A DNA stretch of 57,761 nucleotides. It comes from Pelagibacteraceae bacterium. GTDB taxonomy: Bacteria; Pseudomonadota; Alphaproteobacteria; HIMB59; GCA-002718135. Position 1 is the first letter of the stretch. Every line of letters starts with the position of its first letter. The translations under genes were made by a program, and so were the position numbers. Below the pieces are notes generated by a model that worked only from the letters and a program-made list of their open reading frames with translations, was not told the DNA's origin and searched no databases. Shown here piece after piece: positions 40,202 to 49,992 of this stretch. The stretch is from NCBI GenBank assembly GCA_018657885.1, contig JABHWG010000039.1:1-57761 (forward strand), written 5' to 3'.

Positions 40202-40471
40202 CTAACCTCTAATATTTAGTTCTTTTATTAACTTCGTGTAACTCTCATTATCTTTATTAGAAAGATAAGATAATAATTTTTTTCTATTATTGACCAAAGC
40301 AACAAGCCCTCTTTTGGAATGATTATCATGTTTATGACTTTTAAAGTGCTGAATTAAATTGTTTATTCTTTCAGTTAGAACAGCAATTTGTACTTCAGCA
40401 GAACCTGTATCTTTATCATTTATTGAAAATTTACTAATTAAATCTTTTTTAATTTCTTTTGTAATCGACAT
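40202..40471 (-). CDS. rpsO: 30S ribosomal protein S15
   Basis: 89 aa. '[20 protein letters not shown]...HKHD.HS.RGL'. Confidence 0.96.
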   Translation of the reverse strand: MSITKEIKKDLISKFSINDKDTGSAEVQIAVLTERINNLIQHFKSHKHDNHSKRGLVALVNNRKKLLSYLSNKDNESYTKLIKELNIRG

Positions 40472-40479
40472 CGTAACTC

Positions 40480-41385
40480 CTATATTAAAACTTTATTTGG
40501 TTGAAACAAATCTCCACTTAATTTGCCAAAGGAAACAACGCTTCCCCTATATGATAAAAAAACTAATTCTTTTTTATCTGAATTTAACGGCTTATTTATC
40601 AATTTATGATTAATAAAAATTGCTTTACCTAAAGACAGATCAATTAAATCTGTCTTTTCTTTAATTTCATAAGCCAAGATGTCGTCCAGCATAGAAATCG
40701 AAGAGTGAATATAATTAAATTCAAATTCCCTTTGACCTATTTTTAGAAGATCGTCCAGCAAAATTGATGTTTTATCGACAAAATTTCCAACTTTTGTCCT
40801 TTTTAACTCAACAACATGACCAAAAGTCCCTAACTTTAAAGCGATATCTCTAGCCAGACTTCTAACATAATAACCTTTACCGCACTCTATCATAAATTCA
40901 GATGTATCCTTATTTGAGCCAAGAAATAAAATTTCTTTTAAAAATACTTTTTTTGACCTTAAGGTAAAATTTTTTTTATCACGCAAAATAGAATAGGCTC
41001 TTTTTCCATTAACTTTTATTGCTGAAGCTTTAGGTGGCACCTGATCAACCTGTCCCAAAAAAGAAAAAATTATTTTATTTATTTCATCTTCATCAGGAAT
41101 TTTATTACTAACATTTAAGATCTCACCTTCAGCATCATCTGTTGAGGTTTGCTCTCTCCATTTTATTCTAAAAATATATTTTTTAGAATTTGAATTTATA
41201 AATGGAATTAATTTAGTAGTTTTATTAATTGCAATGGGGAGAACTCCTTCAGCATTAGGGTCTAAAGTACCTCCGTGACCTAATTTTTTTATATTAAATT
41301 TTTTCTTAACTTTATAAATCGCTGAAAAAGAGCTAATATCAGGTGGTTTGTATAAATTCAACCACCCTTGTATTTTTTCATTCAT
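40480..41385 (-). CDS. truB: tRNA pseudouridine(55) synthase
   Basis: '[16 protein letters not shown]' with the catalytic Asp. Located in the nusA-infB-rbfA-truB-rpsO-pnp context. Confidence 0.93.
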   Translation of the reverse strand: MNEKIQGWLNLYKPPDISSFSAIYKVKKKFNIKKLGHGGTLDPNAEGVLPIAINKTTKLIPFINSNSKKYIFRIKWREQTSTDDAEGEILNVSNKIPDEDEINKIIFSFLGQVDQVPPKASAIKVNGKRAYSILRDKKNFTLRSKKVFLKEILFLGSNKDTSEFMIECGKGYYVRSLARDIALKLGTFGHVVELKRTKVGNFVDKTSILLDDLLKIGQREFEFNYIHSSISMLDDILAYEIKEKTDLIDLSLGKAIFINHKLINKPLNSDKKELVFLSYRGSVVSFGKLSGDLFQPNKVLI

Positions 41386-41758
41386 CTAGATCTCTAGAAA
41401 CATTTTTATTTAAAAGAAGTTTTTCTATTTTTTCTGCCTCGTCAAAAGAGTCATCTAAAAAAAACATAACTTTTGGTGTAAATTTTGAATTAAGTCTAGC
41501 CTTAGATAGAAATTTTTGAAAAATATATTTTTTTTCATTTAATTCTTTAATTATTTTAATCTTATTTTCCCCACCCAATGGCATTACATAAATATTTGCT
41601 ATTCTTAAGTCTTTACTCATTCTAACATAAGAAATAGTAATAGAAGTGGTTTGAAAACTAAGGTTATAAAAATCTTCAACTAAAAGACATTTACTTATTA
41701 AAGATCTAATTAGTTCACTAAACCTCATTTGTCTTTGTGAAGACATTTGATTACTCAT
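41378..41758 (-). CDS. rbfA: Ribosome-binding factor A
   Basis: 126 aa, 'R.SELIR' and 'VRMSKDLRIANIYV' pattern. Positioned after infB. Confidence 0.87.
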   Translation of the reverse strand: MSNQMSSQRQMRFSELIRSLISKCLLVEDFYNLSFQTTSITISYVRMSKDLRIANIYVMPLGGENKIKIIKELNEKKYIFQKFLSKARLNSKFTPKVMFFLDDSFDEAEKIEKLLLNKNVSRDLDE

Positions 41759-41773
41759 AAAAAAATTAAGACT

Positions 41774-44002
41774 TTACAGCTTTCTTTCTGTTTTAACTTC
41801 TTCATAAGTTTCAATAATATCACCTACTTTGATATCAGAATAATTTTCAAACATTACTCCACATTCAAATCCACTTTTGACTTCTTTGACTTCTTCTTTA
41901 AATCTTTTCAAACTCGCTAGGTTTCCAGTATGGATGACTACATTGTCTCTTAATAATCTAACTTGTGTATTTCTAGAAACTATACCATCCTTAACCATAC
42001 AACCAGCGATATTTCCAATTTTTGAAATATTAAACACTTCTCTTATTTCAACATTTCCTGTAATTTTTTCGGATATATCAGGTGTTAGTAATCCTGAAAG
42101 TAAATTTTTGACATCATCAATTAGTTCATAAATGATTGAATAATATTTCATATCAACACCATCTCTTTTTGCCGCATCTCTTGCATGAGGCAATGCCCTA
42201 ACATTAAAACCAATGATGAAACCTTTGCTAGAATTAGCAAGAGCTACATCACTTTCTGTAATTGCCCCAACGCCTTTATGAACAACCGTAACCGCAACTT
42301 CATTTGTTGATAATTTTGTTACCGAATTTTCTATTGCCTCTGCAGAACCTTGAACATCAGCTTTGATTATAATTGGCAAAGATGATGCCTTTCCTTGATT
42401 AATCTGTTCAAACATTTCCTCTACATTTGATTTAACAACTTTATTTTTTTGGATCTGTAATTTTTTAAAACGATATTCTGCAATTTTTCGGGCAACACTC
42501 TCAGTTTCAACCACTATAAAATCATCACCTGCTAATGGATTTGCATCAAATCCTAATACCTCTACAGGAGTTGATGGTAGAGCTTCTTTTATATTTTTTC
42601 CATTGTCATCAATAAGTGCTTTTACTTTTCCCCATTCAGATCCAGATACAAATATATCGCTAACTTTAAGAGTTCCTTTTTGAACAAGAACGGTAGCAAC
42701 GGAACCTCTTCCTTTTTCTAATTTAGATTCTATTATTGAACCTCTTGCTACTCTATTAGGATTAGCTTTTAGATTCAAAATATCAGATTGAAGTATGATT
42801 GCTTCTTTTAGTTTATCTAAATTAATTTTTTTAAGTGCAGAAACTTCAACATCTAAAACATCTCCACTTAATTTTTCAACTATAATTTCTTGAGTTAATA
42901 AATCTTGTCTAACTTTATCAGGATCTACATTGGGTAAATCAATTTTATTTATAGCAACAATAATAGGAACATTTGCAGCTTTTGCATGAGCAATCGATTC
43001 AATCGTTTGGGGTTTAAGACTATCATCTGCAGCTACAACCAGTATAATTATATCAGTTGTTTTTGCTCCTCTTGCTCTCATATTTGAAAATGCAGCATGC
43101 CCAGGCGTATCAATAAAAGTAATTTTTTTATCTTTTTCTCCAATTTGATATGCTCCAATATGTTGAGTTATACCTCCGGATTCTCCAGCTACTAAATTAG
43201 AACTTCTAAAAGCATCTAATATACTTGTTTTACCGTGATCAACGTGACCCATAATAGTTACAACTGGAGCTCTAGAAACCAAAGTATTTTCTGGATCTTC
43301 AAAATCTTCTAAATCTTTTAATAAATCATCATCTGTTGCCCTAAAAGATTTATGACCCAATTCTGCAACAACCAATTCTGCTGTATCTGCATCTAATGAT
43401 TGGGCGGCATTCGCCATAACTCCCATTTTCATTAAAGCTTTAACAACATCTGCTGTTTTTTCTGCCATTCTATTTGCCAAATCCTGAACTGTAATAATAT
43501 CGGGTATAGCAACATCTCTAGAAATTTTTGTTTCATCATTTTGATCTTGAGATTGAAGTTTTTCTTTTTCTCTAGCTCTTTTAAGTTTAGCAAGACTTGG
43601 AAACCTATCAAATTCTTGCTCTTCTTTTTCTAGGATTTTTTTTGCATCTAACTTACTGAAATCATCGTCAACAGGTTTAAGGGTTGATTTTTTTGGAGCA
43701 TTTTTTTTATTATCTAATGGTTTTTTATTTTTATTCTCATAACTTTTATTTTTAGACAAATTTGTAAGTCCAGGGGTAGTTTGTGGACTTGTCCTAAAAG
43801 TTGAGGAACCTCTAAAATTTGATTTAGCTGTAGAAGAACTTGTTTGTTGATTATTTTTATTTCTAAAAACTATTTGAATGGTCTTTTTATTATTGCCAGA
43901 TTTTTGACTATCTCCTGATGGGCCTAAATTTTTTCTTATTTGCAGTCTTCCCGTAGAAGAAAGTTTAAGAGGTTTATTTTTTTTATTTTTATTGTTGTCC
44001 AA
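41774..44002 (-). CDS. infB: Translation initiation factor IF-2
   Basis: G-domain 'MGHVDHGKTS', 'DTPGHAAF' and 'NKID'. Low-complexity basic N-terminus. Confidence 0.98.
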   Translation of the reverse strand: MDNNKNKKNKPLKLSSTGRLQIRKNLGPSGDSQKSGNNKKTIQIVFRNKNNQQTSSSTAKSNFRGSSTFRTSPQTTPGLTNLSKNKSYENKNKKPLDNKKNAPKKSTLKPVDDDFSKLDAKKILEKEEQEFDRFPSLAKLKRAREKEKLQSQDQNDETKISRDVAIPDIITVQDLANRMAEKTADVVKALMKMGVMANAAQSLDADTAELVVAELGHKSFRATDDDLLKDLEDFEDPENTLVSRAPVVTIMGHVDHGKTSILDAFRSSNLVAGESGGITQHIGAYQIGEKDKKITFIDTPGHAAFSNMRARGAKTTDIIILVVAADDSLKPQTIESIAHAKAANVPIIVAINKIDLPNVDPDKVRQDLLTQEIIVEKLSGDVLDVEVSALKKINLDKLKEAIILQSDILNLKANPNRVARGSIIESKLEKGRGSVATVLVQKGTLKVSDIFVSGSEWGKVKALIDDNGKNIKEALPSTPVEVLGFDANPLAGDDFIVVETESVARKIAEYRFKKLQIQKNKVVKSNVEEMFEQINQGKASSLPIIIKADVQGSAEAIENSVTKLSTNEVAVTVVHKGVGAITESDVALANSSKGFIIGFNVRALPHARDAAKRDGVDMKYYSIIYELIDDVKNLLSGLLTPDISEKITGNVEIREVFNISKIGNIAGCMVKDGIVSRNTQVRLLRDNVVIHTGNLASLKRFKEEVKEVKSGFECGVMFENYSDIKVGDIIETYEEVKTERKL

Positions 44003-44028
44003 ATTAATCTCGGTTTTTTATTATGAGT

Positions 44029-45552
44029 TTAAGAAAAACTTTTCTCTCTTGCATCCATAATTAGTTGATTTACGATTTCTTCCTCAAGCTCAAGTTTTCT
44101 AAATATACCTTCTTCTTTATCAATTAGTTCATAAGATGCCAGATCTGCAAAATCACTTAAGTTTACAATATTTTCTTTCGCTAACAATGCAAGCATTGGA
44201 ATTGTCATTCCATTTAAATCTTTAAGATCTTGGTCTTTTATTTTTTCATCAACTATCTTAATATTTTCTACTTCTTGTTCTTTTAGTGCATTTTTAGCCC
44301 TTAGAACAATTTCATTAGCTAATTCTTCGTCAAAACCTTCGATTTTTTCAAGGTTTTCTTCAGTTTCATTAGCAATAGACTCAACAGATACATATCCCTC
44401 AGTTACTAAAAGTTGAGCAATTACATCTTCAACATCAAGTAAATCAGTTAAGATTGCACTTTTTTCCTTAAATTCAATTTGTCTTCTTTCTGATTCCTCT
44501 TCTTCGGTAAGAATATCTATTTCTAAGTTCGTTAAACTTGATGCTAATTTTACATTCTGGCCTTTTCTACCTATGGCTAAACTTAATTGTTCATCAGGAA
44601 TTACAACTTCAACTTTATTTTTTTCTTCATATAAAAATATTTTACTAACTTCGGAAGGAGCTAAAGCATTTGCTAAAAAAGTAGCTTGATTATCTGACCA
44701 AGTAACAATATCAATTTTTTCACCCTGAAGCTCATTTACAACAGTTTGCACTCTTGATCCTCTCATACCAACACAGGCACCAACTGGATCTATAGTAGAG
44801 TCTTGAGTATGAACACTAATTTTTGCACGTGAACCCGGGTCTCTCGCAACACTTTTCACCTGAATGATACCTTCAAAAATTTCTGGAACTTCTTGATAAA
44901 AAAGTTGTGCTAAAAATTGAGGATGCGTTCTGGATAAAAAAACCTGGTATCCTTTTAAATCATTTTTAACATCATATATATAAGCTCTAACCCTATCACC
45001 ATTTTTAAATGTTTCTCTTGGAATAAGTTCTTCTCTTTTTATTATTGCTTCACTTTTACCAAGATCAACAATAAAATTACCAAACTCAACTCGTTTAACT
45101 ATTCCTATGGCAATTTCTCCAACTTTATCTTTGTATTCTTCGTATTGTTTTGATTTGTCTGCTTCTCGAACTTTTTGTATAATAACTCCTTTTGCATTTT
45201 GAGCTGCTACTCTGCCTAACTCAAGAGGTGGAAGTTCCTTGATGATAAATTCATCTATTTGGGCATCTTTTTTTAATTTTAGAGCATCAGCTAATAAAAT
45301 TTCTTTAGCTTGCTCTTCTTCAGAGTGAGTCTCAACAACTTTTAGATACGACTCGAGTTTAATATCTCCAGTATCTCTATTAATATTAACTCTGATATCT
45401 CTTTCCATACCATATTTAACTCTTGCAGATTTTTCTAAAGCTTGCTCCATGGCCATGAAAACATCATCTTGATTAATATTTTTTTCCTGAGCAACGTTGT
45501 TAGCTACCTGCAACATTTCTTCTCTAATTACTTTTATTTTTTGTTTTGCCAT
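44029..45552 (-). CDS. nusA: Transcription termination/antitermination factor NusA
   Basis: S1 domain ('GEIAIGIVKRVEFGNFIVDLG') and two KH domains ('ACVGMRGSRVQ', 'AIGRKGQNVKLAS'). The track ORF begins at TTG 45567. ATG 45552 (MAKQK...) is preferred, with GGTGG 9 nt upstream as the SD. Confidence 0.95.
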   Translation of the reverse strand: MAKQKIKVIREEMLQVANNVAQEKNINQDDVFMAMEQALEKSARVKYGMERDIRVNINRDTGDIKLESYLKVVETHSEEEQAKEILLADALKLKKDAQIDEFIIKELPPLELGRVAAQNAKGVIIQKVREADKSKQYEEYKDKVGEIAIGIVKRVEFGNFIVDLGKSEAIIKREELIPRETFKNGDRVRAYIYDVKNDLKGYQVFLSRTHPQFLAQLFYQEVPEIFEGIIQVKSVARDPGSRAKISVHTQDSTIDPVGACVGMRGSRVQTVVNELQGEKIDIVTWSDNQATFLANALAPSEVSKIFLYEEKNKVEVVIPDEQLSLAIGRKGQNVKLASSLTNLEIDILTEEEESERRQIEFKEKSAILTDLLDVEDVIAQLLVTEGYVSVESIANETEENLEKIEGFDEELANEIVLRAKNALKEQEVENIKIVDEKIKDQDLKDLNGMTIPMLALLAKENIVNLSDFADLASYELIDKEEGIFRKLELEEEIVNQLIMDAREKSFS

Positions 45553-45564
45553 AAATAAATCCAC

Positions 45565-45591
45565 CAATAAAAAAGGTGGGAAATCCCACCT
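45565..45591 (-). terminator. Rho-independent terminator after trmB, immediately upstream of nusA
   Basis: The minus strand reads AGGTGGG-ATTT-CCCACCT (7-bp GC-rich stem, 45591-45574) followed by TTTTTTATT. It lies 51 nt after the trmB stop and 22 nt before the nusA ATG. Confidence 0.65.
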
Positions 45592-45642
45592 CTAAAACCT
45601 TAATTTTTGATATCTATATTGAAATAAATTTAAAACTCAAGC

Positions 45643-46290
45643 CTATAATTTCATCAACTTTAAATACATAGGATTAAGCCCATTTTCTAAGGCTTTTTGA
45701 AAATATTTTGTATTTGGTAAGTTCAAATTTGAATAATCCCATTCTTTTTTATTTTGATTAATCCATATATAATCACTCTTAACTTCATAAATACATTTCA
45801 AAATTTCTGATATATATGATTTCGAATCAGTAGCTATATTCACAGTACCATTATTTTTTAAAAAATTTTTTAATTTATAAAATAAGTCTACATCGACTAA
45901 ACGTCTTTTATGGTGTCTTTTCTTTGGCCAAGGATCAGGAAAAAGTATCCATACTTCTGATATTGATTTAGGAGAGCAGTATTTATCTAAAAATTTATGT
46001 GCATTTCCGTGAAAAGTATAAACATTATTAAGTGACTCTTTTCTTACATTTTCAGCAATCTTATTGATGCCATCAATATATTTTTCACAAGCAATTATAT
46101 TTTTTTCATTATACAATTTTGCAAATTCTAAAACACTTTCACCATAGCCTGAACCAATATCAATTACATTATATTGGATTGGGTCAATATTTGTTACTCC
46201 AATATTTATTGCATCATTAGAAATTTTGTTATTTTTTCCTCTACCTTTAGATCTTCCAAATAAACGATATTCGTAACTATTAGTTTGCAT
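45643..46290 (-). CDS. trmB: tRNA (guanine46-N7)-methyltransferase
   Basis: 'IDIGSGYGES' SAM motif and 'ILFPDPWPKKRHHKRRL'. Confidence 0.92.
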   Translation of the reverse strand: MQTNSYEYRLFGRSKGRGKNNKISNDAINIGVTNIDPIQYNVIDIGSGYGESVLEFAKLYNEKNIIACEKYIDGINKIAENVRKESLNNVYTFHGNAHKFLDKYCSPKSISEVWILFPDPWPKKRHHKRRLVDVDLFYKLKNFLKNNGTVNIATDSKSYISEILKCIYEVKSDYIWINQNKKEWDYSNLNLPNTKYFQKALENGLNPMYLKLMKL

Positions 46291-47734
46291 TTAAGTTTTT
46301 CCGATTAAATATAAAGAGTACAAAAAAGAGAATAACTAAGTAATAAGAAAATAAGTTATGAAAATAAATAAAACTAATAGTCTTATTCATTTTTAATTTA
46401 AAACTTAACTTACTTACCTTATTAAGAACAGAAGATTTAATTATATATCCATTTTGATCTATTATAGCTGAAATTCCATTATTAGATACTCTTACTAAAG
46501 GTTTATTTGCAACCAATGCTTTTATTCTGGTTAAATAGAAATGCTGGTATGGTCCAATTTTATTTCCAAACCATGAATCATTTGTGATGTTTATAAGAAT
46601 ATCAATTTTCTTTTTATTAATATTTTTAAATATTTGATCAAAAATTATTTCATAACAAATTATTGGAAGAATATTAAAATTATCTTTTGTTGTTAATTTT
46701 CTTTCAACATTTCCTGCTTCAAAATCAATAGATCCAGAAATTGACTCCATAAAATTTAAATATTTTCTAAAAGGTAAAAATTCTCCAAATGGGACCAAAA
46801 TCTTTTTATCAAAAAATTGAATATTATCTTTTTCTATCAAAAAAAAAGTATTGTAATAATTTTTATTTTTAAAAGTAGTGGCGCCTATAATAACTTTTGA
46901 ATCTTCTTTTATATATCTATTTAAATCTGAAAAGTTTTTCTCATTTATTAAATAAGGTAAATTATTCTCAGCAAAAATTATATAATCTGAATTGGTATTT
47001 TTAATAATATTAATAATATTTTGCTCAATTATATTTTGATTAAGCTTATTGATTGGTGATAATATTTGATAAGCTTCTATTTTTACTTCTTTAGTATATT
47101 CATCTAACTCAAAAGAAGAATAATAACCAATTAGAATTAAAACAATAAATAAAGGTGAATGAAGAATTAAGATTAGATTTTTATATTTTATAATTTTATT
47201 AAATTCAAAAAATAAAGCTGGAATTAAAAAAATTTCTATAATTAAAAAACCTGAAGTTAATGTTCCACTATATTTTATTAAATAAAAACCAAACAAATTA
47301 TTTGAAAGAATTAAGGAATTTGTTATCCATGGAAATCCATAAAAAAAAATTGATATTAAAAATTCTGTAAATATAATCACAAAAGGAGTTATTAATATTG
47401 TATTTAAAAAATTCTTTGTAAATTTGTATAGTAAAAAACTTATTCCAAAAAAAAATGACAAAAAAGCGGGAAGTAGAATTGCCAAAAATGCAAAAGGTTT
47501 TGTAGAATTGAAAACTAAGAAAGGATTGTAAATCCATGACAAGTAAAGTAATAAAAATCCAAAACCAAAGCAAAATCCTATAAAAAATAAATTAAAAAAA
47601 GATTTATTATTAGAATCTTTATGAAGAAGTATAGTAAGTAACGGGAAAATAAAAAAGCCTAATGGCAGCATAAAAAAAGGAGGTAAAATTAATGATGTTA
47701 GTGCCCCTAAAATAAAAAATTTAAAAAAAATCAA
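46280..47734 (-). CDS. lnt: Apolipoprotein N-acyltransferase
   Basis: Multi-TM N-terminal half plus a CN-hydrolase domain with 'LPIICYEIIF' (catalytic Cys) and 'ITNDSWFG'. Confidence 0.87.
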   Translation of the reverse strand: MIFFKFFILGALTSLILPPFFMLPLGFFIFPLLTILLHKDSNNKSFFNLFFIGFCFGFGFLLLYLSWIYNPFLVFNSTKPFAFLAILLPAFLSFFFGISFLLYKFTKNFLNTILITPFVIIFTEFLISIFFYGFPWITNSLILSNNLFGFYLIKYSGTLTSGFLIIEIFLIPALFFEFNKIIKYKNLILILHSPLFIVLILIGYYSSFELDEYTKEVKIEAYQILSPINKLNQNIIEQNIINIIKNTNSDYIIFAENNLPYLINEKNFSDLNRYIKEDSKVIIGATTFKNKNYYNTFFLIEKDNIQFFDKKILVPFGEFLPFRKYLNFMESISGSIDFEAGNVERKLTTKDNFNILPIICYEIIFDQIFKNINKKKIDILINITNDSWFGNKIGPYQHFYLTRIKALVANKPLVRVSNNGISAIIDQNGYIIKSSVLNKVSKLSFKLKMNKTISFIYFHNLFSYYLVILFFVLFIFNRKNLNAN

Positions 47735-48585
47735 TTAGATAATTTGATTATTTGAACAGTTATAATCTTTCTTTCATTAGCTCTTAAAACTTTAATGTTT
47801 ACAATATCATCAATATTAAACTCTTCATTTATTTTTGGTATTCTGTTTATTTTAGAAAATACTAACCCACCAACTGTTTCAATTTCTTCTTCATCCGCTA
47901 CCTTTAAATTAATATTGAAATCTGCTTCTAGTTCATCAATACTATATGAGGCACTTACTACTAGGAGATTCTCCTCCTTTTTAATTATTTCATCATCTAT
48001 ATCCTCACCATCATGCTCATCTTCAATTTCTCCCACTATTTCTTCAACTAGATCTTCAATTGTAACCAATCCATCAACTCCACCAATACCATCAACAACT
48101 AACGCTATATGAATTCGTGAAAGTCGCATTCTCTTTAATAAATCTAAAATTGGAGACTTAGGCGCAACATATAGCACGTCTCGTAAAATTAAGTTTAGAT
48201 CAAAATTACTCTCCTTAATTTTTATAAAATCCTTAACATGAAAAAAACCAATGATATTATCTAAATTATTTTCATAAACGGGTAGCCTTGAATGAGACTC
48301 TTCTTTAATTATCTGAAAAACTTCTTTGTAATTTTGCTTATTTTCAACTGAAATTATTTCTCCTCTAGGGACCATAACGTCTTCAACACTTTTACTTTCA
48401 AGTTGTAAAATATTTTTAATTAAGCTTTTTTCATTATTATCATCAAATTTACTTACTTGATCTTCAGATGTATCATCATTGGCTATTAAATTAAGTATTT
48501 CATCTTTAGATGAATCACTAGAAAGTAATTTTTTTATTAGCCAAGTTTTCCAAAGGCTTAATTTTTCCTGATTTTCTTCACTCAT
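47731..48585 (-). CDS. corC: CBS-domain hemolysin-family / CorC-like magnesium-cobalt efflux accessory protein
   Basis: A tandem CBS pair ('VEDVMVPRGEI', 'HIALVVDGIGGVDGLVTIEDLVEEIVGEI') plus a CorC_HlyC C-domain. Located in the ybeY-corC-lnt context. Confidence 0.87.
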   Translation of the reverse strand: MSEENQEKLSLWKTWLIKKLLSSDSSKDEILNLIANDDTSEDQVSKFDDNNEKSLIKNILQLESKSVEDVMVPRGEIISVENKQNYKEVFQIIKEESHSRLPVYENNLDNIIGFFHVKDFIKIKESNFDLNLILRDVLYVAPKSPILDLLKRMRLSRIHIALVVDGIGGVDGLVTIEDLVEEIVGEIEDEHDGEDIDDEIIKKEENLLVVSASYSIDELEADFNINLKVADEEEIETVGGLVFSKINRIPKINEEFNIDDIVNIKVLRANERKIITVQIIKLSN

Positions 48586-49067
48586 AATTCATAAGGACTT
48601 TTTATGTCAAGTTTCATTAAAATTTTTTCTTCTAAGTTTTTCATTTTTATAAAGTCAGAATTTTTTTTATGATCATATCCATTAACATGTAAAAAACAAT
48701 GGATAATTAAATGAGTTATGTGATCATAAAAATTTATTAAGTTTTTTTTTGCATCCTTTTTTGTTGTTTCAGCAGAAAAAAAAATATCAGAGTAAATTTC
48801 ATTCATCTTATTGTTATTATTTTTAAATGATTTGACAAAAGTAAGAACATCAGTAGCTTTATTTAAATTTCTATATATCTTGTTAATTTCTTTTATATTT
48901 TTATCGTCTATAAAAATTAAATTCAAAAAGTATAAATTTCTTCTTTTAAAGCCTAAATTGTCGATTTTAAGAATGTTACTTACTATACTCTTTATTTTAG
49001 TCATTCTCCTTGACCAATGATTTGATTTACAAAAAAAATTAGTTTTTATTTTTCTCTTCATAAGCAT
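48582..49067 (-). CDS. ybeY: rRNA maturation endoribonuclease YbeY
   Basis: Zinc motif 'HLIIHCFLHVNGYDH' (H-x3-H-x5-H). The start is uncertain: the annotated start overlaps phoH by 29 nt, and an internal ATG (MTKIK, 49004) is possible. Confidence 0.85.
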   Translation of the reverse strand: MLMKRKIKTNFFCKSNHWSRRMTKIKSIVSNILKIDNLGFKRRNLYFLNLIFIDDKNIKEINKIYRNLNKATDVLTFVKSFKNNNNKMNEIYSDIFFSAETTKKDAKKNLINFYDHITHLIIHCFLHVNGYDHKKNSDFIKMKNLEEKILMKLDIKSPYEL

Positions 49068-49992
49068 TAATAATTTTTCTCACAACCTCATGCCTAACAA
49101 CATCTTTTTGATCTAATTGAATAAATCCAATATCTTCAATATTATTTAATGTTTTTGAAGCATCTATTAATCCAGAGTCATTTTTAGATACTAAATCTAT
49201 TTGAGTATTATCACCAACGACAACCATTTTACTATTTTTTCCCAGTCTAGTTAAAAACATTTTCATTTGTATTTTTGTTGTATTTTGTGCCTCATCCAAA
49301 ATAATATAACAATCCTCTAGTGTTCTACCTCTCATAAAAGCAATAGGAGCAATTTCAATTATATTATTTGATAATTTTTTTTCAACCTGATCATATGGCA
49401 TCATATCATACAAGGCATCATAAATAGGTCTTAAAAAAGGGTCAACTTTCTCCTTAAGGTCACCTGGGAGAAAGCCAAGTTTTTCTCCAGCTTCTACTGC
49501 AGGCCTAGATAAAATGATTTTCTTCACTAATCCCTGGTGCAGAGATGCTACTGCTTTTGCTACTGCTAAGAATGTTTTTCCTGTGCCTGCTGGCCCATAA
49601 GCAAAAACAATGTCTTTAGAATTAAGAAGCTCAAAATATTTTTTTTGATTTTTAGATCTTGGTAATATTTTTCTTTTTTTTGTTTGAAAAAATAAATTCA
49701 TTTGCTCTTCTGGATTAATTTCTAAAATTTTCATACTTCTTGTTTCTCTAATCTTATCTTCATCAATATCTGCACCTTTTTTTGCCTCTTCAAATAATAA
49801 TAATATTTCATCCTTAGTATCTTTAATTGATTTCTTTGCTCCAATAATTTTAATTTTATTTCCCCTATATTTTATTTTAACATTATGAATTTTTTCGATA
49901 ATTTGAATATTCTTATCATTAACTCCAAAAAGATTTGGCAAATAATCATTTTCACTTAATTCAAAATCTAATGAATAATTAAAAGTGCTCAA
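49039..49992 (-). CDS. phoH: PhoH-like ATPase (YbeZ)
   Basis: P-loop 'GPAGTGKTFLAVA', 'ILDEAQN' and 'VVVGDNTQIDL'. Confidence 0.92.
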   Translation of the reverse strand: MSTFNYSLDFELSENDYLPNLFGVNDKNIQIIEKIHNVKIKYRGNKIKIIGAKKSIKDTKDEILLLFEEAKKGADIDEDKIRETRSMKILEINPEEQMNLFFQTKKRKILPRSKNQKKYFELLNSKDIVFAYGPAGTGKTFLAVAKAVASLHQGLVKKIILSRPAVEAGEKLGFLPGDLKEKVDPFLRPIYDALYDMMPYDQVEKKLSNNIIEIAPIAFMRGRTLEDCYIILDEAQNTTKIQMKMFLTRLGKNSKMVVVGDNTQIDLVSKNDSGLIDASKTLNNIEDIGFIQLDQKDVVRHEVVRKIINAYEEKNKN

